This document shows, in pieces, positions 56,903-64,000 of a DNA stretch of 64,000 bases (its first letter is position 1; every line of letters begins with the position of its first letter). The position numbers were made by a program, and so were the translations under genes. Below the pieces are notes generated by a model that was not told where the DNA came from, did not search any database, and worked only from the letters and a program-made list of their open reading frames with translations. Origin of the DNA: Candidatus Beckwithbacteria bacterium. Its GTDB lineage: Bacteria > Patescibacteriota > Microgenomatia > UBA1400 > UBA1449. The stretch lies in contig JAAZOH010000025.1 in NCBI GenBank assembly GCA_012797845.1, positions 3,767-67,766 on the forward strand. The letters run 5' to 3'.

Positions 56903-56904
56903 TT

Positions 56905-57780
56905 ATGAAAGGTGTTCAAAAATTAGCAATTGGTACTGCCAATTTTGGCTTGGACTATGGCATTAACAATGCTAACGGAAAACTTTCCTATATCCAAGTA
57001 GCTCAAATTTTAGATTTAGCTACTAAGTTAAAAATAAATTTTTTGGATACAGCCAGTGCCTATGGAAATAGTGAGCAAGTTTTAGGAAAATACCTCAGTA
57101 AAGCTAAAGCTAAAGATATACGTCTTATTTCAAAAGTCATTGTTGGGAGCCAAATAGATTTGGCTCAAGAATTAAAAAAATCATTGCAAAACTTGCATAA
57201 AAAGAAACTCTTTGGATATTTAATCCATAATTTTCAGGAGTTTAAGAAACATCCTGATATTTTCCAAGAGTTTCTTAGGCTAAAACAGCAAGGATTTGCA
57301 GAAAAAGTTGGCTTTTCTCTGTATTTCCCACAAGATCTTGAATTTTTGATCAAGCATAAAATCCAGTTTGATATTGTTCAGGTTCCGTATAATATTTTCG
57401 ATCAGCGCTTTGAACCATATTTTAAAAAACTAAAAGAAAATAAAGTTGAGATTCACTGCCGTTCCGTATTCCTTCAAGGCCTATTTTTTAAATCTACCAA
57501 AGAACTTAAGCCGCCATTAAATAAAGCTGCAACTAAACTTGAGTTTCTACAAAAAATTACAATACAACAGAAGATACCTCTTCAGACGCTTTGTTTGCAA
57601 TTTGTTGCTCTCAACCCTTTTATTGATAAAATAGTTATTGGTATTGATAGTATCAAGCAATTGCAGGAAAACGCAGATACTTTTATCCAACAAAAAAATG
57701 TGAAATATATATATAAAGAGTTGAAAAAGTTGAAAGTGGAAGATGAGAATATCATTTTGCCCTTCAATTGGAAAAAGTGA
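56905..57780 (+). CDS. Aldo/keto reductase family oxidoreductase
   Basis: LAIGTANFG...LDTASAYGNSEQVLGK is the AKR N-terminal signature. Start set at the ATG 3 nt after the pseH stop. Confidence 0.6.
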   Translation: MKGVQKLAIGTANFGLDYGINNANGKLSYIQVAQILDLATKLKINFLDTASAYGNSEQVLGKYLSKAKAKDIRLISKVIVGSQIDLAQELKKSLQNLHKKKLFGYLIHNFQEFKKHPDIFQEFLRLKQQGFAEKVGFSLYFPQDLEFLIKHKIQFDIVQVPYNIFDQRFEPYFKKLKENKVEIHCRSVFLQGLFFKSTKELKPPLNKAATKLEFLQKITIQQKIPLQTLCLQFVALNPFIDKIVIGIDSIKQLQENADTFIQQKNVKYIYKELKKLKVEDENIILPFNWKK

Positions 57781-58670
57781 AGCAATTAAAATTAGGAATC
57801 ATTGGTCTTAGCGAAGGGAATGGCCACCCTTACTCCTGGTCAGCAATTTTTAATGGCTTTAATAAAGCTGTTATGAAAACTTGTCCTTTTCCGGTTATTT
57901 ACGAATATTTGAGTAAGCAACGTTTTCCTAAAGATGCAATTGCTGGTGCCAAGGTAACCCATATTTGGACCCAAGACCTAAGCATTTCCCGACACATTGC
58001 CAAAGCCTCAAATATTGTAAATATTGTTACTGATTACCAAGATATGATTGGCCAAGTTGACGCTATCTTATTAGCTAGAGACGACTCGCAAAACCATTTG
58101 AAGATGAGCCGCCCTTTCTTGCAAGCCGGCTTACCCATTTACATTGATAAACCTCTGGCCACAACCATTGCTGAGGCTAAAAAAATGTACTCTTTAGAAC
58201 AGTATGCTGGCCAGATATTTACCTGTTCAGCTCTTGCCTATGCCAAAGAACTTACGCTAAGCCCAAAAAAATTGGATAGCTTTGGTCCAATACATTTTGT
58301 CAATGCTATCACTCCTAAGTACTGGGAAACCTACGCTGTTCATATTATTGAGCCAACTCTTAATCTTTTTAAAACTAAGACTAAACATATAAAATCAGCT
58401 TCAACCCATAAGTCAAAACAAATCACTACCACAAGCATTATTTGGGATTCTGGCTTAATAACCAACTTCAGTGCATTGGGTCAAAGTGCTACTCCAATCA
58501 AAATTGAGATCTATGGACAAAATAAATCTGAGGTGTTAGTCTTTAAAGATACTTTTTTTGCTTTTAAAAAAGCTTTGGAAGAATTTATTGCTATTATTAC
58601 TAAAAAAAAGAAACCTCAAAAAAAAGAAGACGTTTTGCATTTAATTTCAATAATTGAACAAGGGCTTTAA
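57768..58670 (+). CDS. Gfo/Idh/MocA-family NAD(P)-dependent oxidoreductase (PtmF-like position)
   Basis: LKLGIIGLSEGNGHPYSW is the Rossmann N-terminus typical of Gfo/Idh/MocA enzymes. Confidence 0.6.
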   Translation: MEKVKQLKLGIIGLSEGNGHPYSWSAIFNGFNKAVMKTCPFPVIYEYLSKQRFPKDAIAGAKVTHIWTQDLSISRHIAKASNIVNIVTDYQDMIGQVDAILLARDDSQNHLKMSRPFLQAGLPIYIDKPLATTIAEAKKMYSLEQYAGQIFTCSALAYAKELTLSPKKLDSFGPIHFVNAITPKYWETYAVHIIEPTLNLFKTKTKHIKSASTHKSKQITTTSIIWDSGLITNFSALGQSATPIKIEIYGQNKSEVLVFKDTFFAFKKALEEFIAIITKKKKPQKKEDVLHLISIIEQGL

Positions 58671-58671
58671 C

Positions 58672-59427
58672 ATGAAAAAAACTATTTTAATCACTGGTGG
58701 TACAGGCAAAATTGGCCAGGTCTTAACAAAGCATTTTTTAAAAAAGGACTACAAGGTAATCATTACTAGTAGAAATGAACAGCAGGCCTTAAAGCTTTTT
58801 GCTAACAGTAAAAATATACCAAATCTCAGCGTTATCGAGATTGACTTAAGAGCAGATAAAGCTATCAACCATGTGATCAGCTCTCTCGAAAAACTAAATG
58901 CAAAACCTTATGCTCTTATTCACTGTGCCCGAAATTTAGAAAGCCTCAAGTACTCACCGGACTTAGAAACTAGGATCAAAAATTGGCAAGCTGAGTATTT
59001 ACTGGATGTAGTTATACCCTATGAACTTTCACTGGCAGTTGCCAAAATGAAGGAATCGAAATTAACAAATGTGGTTACCATCTCTTCAATGTATGGTGTG
59101 GTTGCGGCCAATCCTCATCTTTATACTAATCCACAAATTCAGTCTCCTGTGCAATATAGTGTAGCCAAGGCTGCTCTTATCCATGCCACCAAAGAAATGG
59201 CCATAAGATTAAGTCCACAGAAAATAAAGGTTAACTGCATATCTTATGGAGGTATTGAGGGAAGGGCTGATGAGGATTTTAAAAAGAGATATGGAAAACT
59301 TTGCCCTATTGGTAGAATGCTTACTGAAGAGGAAATTATTAAGCCAGTTGAATTTCTGATTTCTAATAGCTCCACTGCTATGCAAGGCCATAATTTGATT
59401 GTAGATGGGGGCTGGTCTATATGGTAA
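58672..59427 (+). CDS. Short-chain dehydrogenase/reductase (SDR), PtmA-like
   Basis: TILITGGTGKIGQ glycine motif, and YSVAKAAL catalytic YxxxK. Confidence 0.7.
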   Translation: MKKTILITGGTGKIGQVLTKHFLKKDYKVIITSRNEQQALKLFANSKNIPNLSVIEIDLRADKAINHVISSLEKLNAKPYALIHCARNLESLKYSPDLETRIKNWQAEYLLDVVIPYELSLAVAKMKESKLTNVVTISSMYGVVAANPHLYTNPQIQSPVQYSVAKAALIHATKEMAIRLSPQKIKVNCISYGGIEGRADEDFKKRYGKLCPIGRMLTEEEIIKPVEFLISNSSTAMQGHNLIVDGGWSIW

Positions 59428-60107
59428 GCAAAGTAGCTATTATCCCTGCCAGAAAAGGCTCGAAACGAATTCCTCTAAAAAACATAGTCAACTTTCATGG
59501 TAAGCCTCTCATAGCCTGGACCATAGGAGCAGCATTAAAATCAAAAGTGTTTGATGCTGTTTATGTTAGTACTGATAGTCAGAAAATCGCTAACATAAGC
59601 GAAAAATATGGAGCTAAGGTCCCTTTCCTACGTACAAAATATACAGATGATAACTCTTCGGTAAGCAGTGTGATTATTGACTTTTTGGAAAATTTAAAAA
59701 AGAAAAAAAGCAAGGAATTTGATGTAGTTTTTTCCCTAATGCCCAATTGCCCGCTTAGAACTGGCCAAGATATCATACGAGCCGATAAAAATTGTACTGC
59801 CAAAAAGGCTAGTTTTCAACTCAGCTGTTTTGAATTTGGATTTATGAATCCATGGTGGGCATTTACTCTAGATAAAAACTGCAGACCAGAGTATATTCAT
59901 AAAAGCGCTCTTAAAAAACGATCTCAGGATTTATCTAAATTATTTTGTCCCAGCGGTGCTATTTGGATTGCAAATATTAAAGCTTTGCAAAAAAGCAAAA
60001 CCTTCTATGGCCCCAATCATATTTTTTATAAATTGGGTTGGAAGAATGCAATTGATATCGATAGTAAAGAGGATTTAGAACTAGCTAAAAGCTTCTCAAA
60101 AAATTAA
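59421..60107 (+). CDS. pseF: CMP-nonulosonic acid synthetase (acylneuraminate cytidylyltransferase family; PseF/NeuA-like)
   Basis: VAIIPARKGSKRIPLKN N-terminal signature of CMP-sugar cytidylyltransferases. Confidence 0.7.
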   Translation: MVSKVAIIPARKGSKRIPLKNIVNFHGKPLIAWTIGAALKSKVFDAVYVSTDSQKIANISEKYGAKVPFLRTKYTDDNSSVSSVIIDFLENLKKKKSKEFDVVFSLMPNCPLRTGQDIIRADKNCTAKKASFQLSCFEFGFMNPWWAFTLDKNCRPEYIHKSALKKRSQDLSKLFCPSGAIWIANIKALQKSKTFYGPNHIFYKLGWKNAIDIDSKEDLELAKSFSKN

Positions 60108-60108
60108 T

Positions 60109-60984
60109 ATGTTTTCTTTTAATAGTAAGTATCTCTCAAAACAATCAGCTAATATTTTATTTCTTTATTTAAAAAGTTTTTTAAATAAAGAATATACTTT
60201 TTCGAGCGAGGACCTTTTTACTCAACTACACCAACTATATTGGCAAACACCTAAAGTGGAAGTTATTAAAAAAGATAAAAATCTTCAACTACTAAAGGTT
60301 AAAAAACTGAAATTCTACTGGCCAACAAATATTCCCTTACAAGGCCTGGAATGGATTTATAATGAAGTATTTTATCCATATAAAAAAAATCCTGCTTCTT
60401 ACGATCACCCCTTATTTGATTTTAAAAAAGTAAACTGGGTCATAGATGCTGGTGCAAGTGAGGGTTTTTATACAAATTTTGCCTTTAAAAACAAAGCTAA
60501 AAAAGTAATAGCTATTGAACCCCTTTTAATTTTAAAAGAAAGCTTGCAACAGACTTTTAAAAAGGAGGTAAAAAAAAGACAGCTCGAAATTATTTCTAAA
60601 AGCTTGGGAAGAAAAAAAGGAAAGGCATATTTGAAATTTGAAAATAATTGTCTATATAACTCGAGTGTCGATGATAAAAAAGATAAAAATTATCAGAAAA
60701 CAAAAATTACTACTATTGATTCAGTTGTAAAAACAAATAAATTAAAGGGTAAGGGGATTATAAAAATGGATATAGAAGGTGGGGAAATAGATGCCCTAAA
60801 AGGTGCAGTCGATTGTTTACAGAGGAATAAACCTAAATTAGCTATAGCTGTATATCATAATCAACAAAACTACCACAAGTGCAAGGAAGTGATTTTCAAG
60901 GCTAACCGCAACTATCGGATTGAAGCTAGAGGAATGTATTGCTGGAAAACTCCGCCTAGACCTTTTATGTTATTTGCCTATTAA
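60109..60984 (+). CDS. FkbM-family methyltransferase
   Basis: VIDAGASEGFYT...IKMDIEGGEIDALKGA, the FkbM/Methyltransf_21 signature. Confidence 0.65.
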   Translation: MFSFNSKYLSKQSANILFLYLKSFLNKEYTFSSEDLFTQLHQLYWQTPKVEVIKKDKNLQLLKVKKLKFYWPTNIPLQGLEWIYNEVFYPYKKNPASYDHPLFDFKKVNWVIDAGASEGFYTNFAFKNKAKKVIAIEPLLILKESLQQTFKKEVKKRQLEIISKSLGRKKGKAYLKFENNCLYNSSVDDKKDKNYQKTKITTIDSVVKTNKLKGKGIIKMDIEGGEIDALKGAVDCLQRNKPKLAIAVYHNQQNYHKCKEVIFKANRNYRIEARGMYCWKTPPRPFMLFAY

Positions 60985-60993
60985 AATAAAAAT

Positions 60994-62613
60994 ATGCCTA
61001 TCAACAAATTTTCTCATATTTTTACTGATTTTAGTAAAAACCGGCAAAAAAATAATGCATTACTACCTTTAATAAAGGATGCAAATACAAAATATTTAAA
61101 AAATAAAAATGGTTTAAAAATACTTTTTGGTCCAAGCTTTCCTTTTGGTGAAAATTTTATATATCATGATTTACTCCTTGCTTTACTACTACACTCTCAG
61201 GGTTGCGAAATTTATTATGCTGGGGGAATTATCAATAATATCTCCCCTTCTATCTATTTAGGCGGCCAATGGTCATCAGGAAATAAGAAGACTGACTTTA
61301 AAAAAATTAAATATGGAGAATTAAAAGCTTTAAACGATTTCAAGAAACTGGGAAAGACTTATGACATGAAAAAGTACCTAAGTAAAACTGAGATAAATAA
61401 GTTAAAAGTGAATTTAGCAAAAATAAAATTTGAAGATTTGCTCAAATACAAGTTTGAAAACATAGACCTGGGGCATGATGCTATGAATAAAGTTAGAAAT
61501 CATCATCTTGTTAGTAGCATAGATCTAGTAAAAAATAAAAGGAACTTGGTTAGAGAGGCTCTTTTGAATTGCAATATGTATGAAATCTTCTTTAGAAAAA
61601 TAATTGAAGAATTAAAACCTGATAGGATTATTTCTCACGATTCCTTTTATTACCCCTGGTCAGTCCTTAGAAAAATTGCCGATTTGAAGAATATTAATTA
61701 TTACAATTATTATTTTGGTTTTAAAAAGGATGAATATATCTATGCAAACAATAAACCAGCAATGTCATTAAATACAACACCTATGTGGAAAAAAGTTAAG
61801 TCTGTACCTCTTCAAGAAAGTCAGATTAAAAAAATTGACAAAACACTTAAAAAAAGAATAAATGGCGATGTAGGCCGCTTAGGTCTTGTCAGATATTCCA
61901 ACAGTAAAGAGGTGGAAAAAATTATTAAATTTGCAAAACAAAAACCTACAGCGGTTCTATATGGCAACGTATGCTGGGATTTAAATGCACTTGACAAAGA
62001 ACTCTTTTTTAAGTCAATTAAAGAAGGTTATTTTAAAACTATTGAATATTTTCTTCAACATAAAAACTATCAACTAATCATTAAGTCTCATCCAGCAGAA
62101 GAGCATCCAAAGATCCCCATTACTGTCGAAAGCTTGGAAAGCATGATAAAAAAGAAGTATGGTTTGTTGCCAAAAAACATTATCTTGCTTCCCCCAAAAA
62201 CAGCAATAACTGCTTATGACCTATTTCCTATTACTAATGTAAGCGTAGTCTGGACAAGTACCGCAGGCATAGAAAGCGTAATTTATAATACCCCAACTAT
62301 TACTATAGCTAATACCCATTTTCGCAATAAGAATTTTACCTTAGATCCAGCTTCTCAAAAAGAATATTATTCCATTTTAGAAAAAGTGTTAATAAAAAAA
62401 ATGCATTTAGCTAAAAAAACGAAATATTTAGCATATAAATATTTTTACTATTATTTAAATTGCTTTAGCTATAACTATGGTATTCCAACGCAAAACTGGA
62501 CAGAAGCATTAAGCGAGGATCATAAAAATAAAGTCAATCACTTTTTTGAAAATAAGCGGCTAAAATATATAGTTGGCACTATTGTAAATGGTAAAAAAAT
62601 CGAATTAGTATAA
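60994..62613 (+). CDS. Putative KpsS/KpsC (Capsule_synth)-like GT-B protein, candidate ulosonic/nonulosonic acid transferase
   Basis: C-terminal LIIKSHPAEEHP...VVWTSTAGIESVIYNTPTITIA resembles the conserved HP motif and GT-B C-lobe of Capsule_synth family proteins. Confidence 0.3.
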   Translation: MPINKFSHIFTDFSKNRQKNNALLPLIKDANTKYLKNKNGLKILFGPSFPFGENFIYHDLLLALLLHSQGCEIYYAGGIINNISPSIYLGGQWSSGNKKTDFKKIKYGELKALNDFKKLGKTYDMKKYLSKTEINKLKVNLAKIKFEDLLKYKFENIDLGHDAMNKVRNHHLVSSIDLVKNKRNLVREALLNCNMYEIFFRKIIEELKPDRIISHDSFYYPWSVLRKIADLKNINYYNYYFGFKKDEYIYANNKPAMSLNTTPMWKKVKSVPLQESQIKKIDKTLKKRINGDVGRLGLVRYSNSKEVEKIIKFAKQKPTAVLYGNVCWDLNALDKELFFKSIKEGYFKTIEYFLQHKNYQLIIKSHPAEEHPKIPITVESLESMIKKKYGLLPKNIILLPPKTAITAYDLFPITNVSVVWTSTAGIESVIYNTPTITIANTHFRNKNFTLDPASQKEYYSILEKVLIKKMHLAKKTKYLAYKYFYYYLNCFSYNYGIPTQNWTEALSEDHKNKVNHFFENKRLKYIVGTIVNGKKIELV

Positions 62614-62616
62614 ATT

Positions 62617-63840
62617 ATGACTAAAGTACTATTTATAGCACCAATTCTAACTTTTCCTTATGCTGGAGGCCCTGAAATGAGTGCTCACAACGCCATCAAG
62701 GCTTTAAATAAAATTTCTGAATTGCATATTATAACAACTATGCCATTAGCTAAAATGGGTGGCAATCAAGCCTTCCAATATTATGGAAAAATATCTAAGC
62801 AATTAGATTTCACTCCAATAGCTCAGGAACAAAATTTTTTAGAAAATTATTTTATAAAAAAAATTCGAAAATATTTTTTTACGAAGGGGAAAAAAAATGA
62901 GGCAGATGATGTCAGATATATTATTAAATATTATGATCAAAATAACATCGACATTATTTGGTCCGATAGACATGAATTTTCTTACAATCTAATTTTTGAA
63001 ATAAAAAAACTAAGACCAAATATCAAAATAGTTTGCGATACAGCTGCAGTCCATTCACAATTTATTCTAAGAGAAATTCCTTTTCAAAAAGACAAGTCAA
63101 AAATTAAAAAAATAAAAAAATCTGGTAAAGAATACGAAAATTATGAGAAAAAATTGGTTAATATTGCTGATGTAACTACAGCAGTTTCAGAAATTGATGC
63201 ATCTATTTTTAAATCTTGGACAAAGCATAAAGAAAGAATATTTGTTTTCCCCAATGTGGTTGATTTAGAAAATTATAAAAAAATAAAAACATCTAACACT
63301 ATAAAAACTCCATCTCTTTTAATAGCTGGAACATTTTATGAACAAAGTCCAATGGAACATGGCACTAGATGGTTCCTAAATAATGTTTTGCCAAAAGTTA
63401 GAAAAGAGTTCCCGGAAATCTTTGTTTATATTATTGGCAAGGGTTCAGACTGGATTCTTCGAGATATTGCCGATCCAAAAATAATTATTACTGGCAAGGT
63501 AGATTCAGTTTCGCCATATTTACATAACACTAGTATTGGTTTGGTCCCTCTTCATTTTGAATCAGGAACAAGATTTAAAATCTTAGAATATGGGACAGCT
63601 TCATTACCCACAGTTTCTACAAGCCTGGGAGCAGAAGGGCTAAATCTTGGAAAAAATGTTAGCATTCTCATAGAAGATAATCCGATAAAATTTGCTCAAG
63701 TAATTATCAATCTTCTAAAAAATAAAGCCTTGCGTATTAAAATGGGAAAGAATCTTTATAAGGTTGTCAAAAAAAATTACTCTATCGATAGTCTCGCTAG
63801 TAGTGGTAGTAAAATAATTAAATATTTAATGAGTCAATAG
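62617..63840 (+). CDS. GT-B glycosyltransferase (GT4/GT1-like)
   Basis: C-terminal HFESGTRFKILEYGTASLPTVST (EX7E-like). Confidence 0.55.
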   Translation: MTKVLFIAPILTFPYAGGPEMSAHNAIKALNKISELHIITTMPLAKMGGNQAFQYYGKISKQLDFTPIAQEQNFLENYFIKKIRKYFFTKGKKNEADDVRYIIKYYDQNNIDIIWSDRHEFSYNLIFEIKKLRPNIKIVCDTAAVHSQFILREIPFQKDKSKIKKIKKSGKEYENYEKKLVNIADVTTAVSEIDASIFKSWTKHKERIFVFPNVVDLENYKKIKTSNTIKTPSLLIAGTFYEQSPMEHGTRWFLNNVLPKVRKEFPEIFVYIIGKGSDWILRDIADPKIIITGKVDSVSPYLHNTSIGLVPLHFESGTRFKILEYGTASLPTVSTSLGAEGLNLGKNVSILIEDNPIKFAQVIINLLKNKALRIKMGKNLYKVVKKNYSIDSLASSGSKIIKYLMSQ

Positions 63841-63841
63841 T

Positions 63842-64000
63842 ATGAAAATTAGCATCATCGGTCTTGGTTATGTTGGCTGTGTCAATCTAGCGTGTCTAGC
63901 TCAAAATGGACACATGATCTGGGGTGTCGATATTTCTAAAGATAAGGTGGATAAAATAAATAAAGGGGAACCAACCGTTATCGAAAAGGATTTGAAAAAA
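63842..64000 (+). CDS. ugd: Nucleotide-sugar 6-dehydrogenase (UDP-glucose/GDP-mannose dehydrogenase family), N-terminal 53 aa; continues beyond the window
   Basis: MKISIIGLGYVGCVNLACLAQNGHMIWGVDISKDKVDKINKG is the canonical NAD-binding N-terminus of this family. UDP-glucose specificity is inferred from the co-occurring UXS and UDP-GlcA epimerase. Confidence 0.6.
   Translation, partial: MKISIIGLGYVGCVNLACLAQNGHMIWGVDISKDKVDKINKGEPTVIEKDLKK

Noticed and set aside
2212-59803. About 40 short ORFs (60-136 aa) from the six-frame track, lying inside or antisense to the long genes (e.g. 2212..2403, 3805..4041, 5252..5521, 9237..9455, 13085..13342, 23104..23514, 39223..39528, 49259..49654, 50944..51171, 59579..59803)
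   Set aside because: All are fully contained within longer ORFs that have strong family signatures. Their low-complexity or Leu/Phe/Ser-rich products are typical of AT-rich antisense frames. None has independent support.
1-64000. Search for tRNA/rRNA genes, transposases, integrases, toxin-antitoxin pairs and CRISPR arrays
   Set aside because: None found. Intergenic space is minimal: the only gaps longer than 60 bp are 672-1041 and 35634-35895. No ORF shows DDE transposase, recombinase or Cas motifs.

Overview
This 64-kb window comes from a low-GC bacterium with tightly packed genes whose ends frequently overlap. A short RecO, an alpha2-type GlyRS and many GT-C-like membrane proteins suggest a Firmicutes-like or Patescibacteria/CPR-like monoderm, but that is inference only.

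Left edge (1-1833): the N-terminal part of an alpha2-type glycyl-tRNA synthetase lies on the minus strand. Its 5' leader carries a canonical glycine T-box riboswitch with a perfect AGGGUGGAACCGCG box, an antiterminator bulge UGGA, and an overlapping intrinsic terminator. Upstream are a small glycine-zipper ORF and recO.

The remaining ~60 kb is one very large cell-surface glycan locus. It is organised as two divergent gene blocks around a 260-bp intergenic region (35634-35895), which contains a perfect 19-bp inverted-repeat pair flanking 126 bp.

- **Minus-strand block (4413-35633):** an initiating phosphoglycosyltransferase, ManC, at least six GT4 and four GT2 glycosyltransferases, a Wzx flippase, an O-antigen-ligase/Wzy-like protein, a very AT-rich stretch of poorly conserved polytopic membrane proteins, a hexapeptide acetyltransferase, an RDD protein, a SAM methyltransferase, a polyprenyl-phosphate sugar synthase (DPM1/GtrB-like GT2), and a run of large polytopic membrane proteins with GT-C-type DE/EH loop motifs.
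- **Plus-strand block (35896-64000):**
  - Nucleotide-sugar enzymes: UDP-xylose synthase, UDP-GlcA 4-epimerase, a Glf-like FAD enzyme, GDP-fucose synthase, and the start of a nucleotide-sugar 6-dehydrogenase.
  - Two tandem paralogous membrane proteins sharing a perfect 62-nt stretch, further GT-C-like or flippase-like membrane proteins, and an acyltransferase-3.
  - A Wzm/Wzt ABC exporter whose Wzt carries a C-terminal carbohydrate-binding extension.
  - A pseudaminic-acid-like nonulosonic acid pathway (PseB, PseC, PseH, PseI, PseF) with extra tailoring oxidoreductases and methyltransferases, a KpsS/KpsC-like candidate transferase and a GT4.

No rRNA or tRNA genes, CRISPR arrays, transposases or integrases were recognised.
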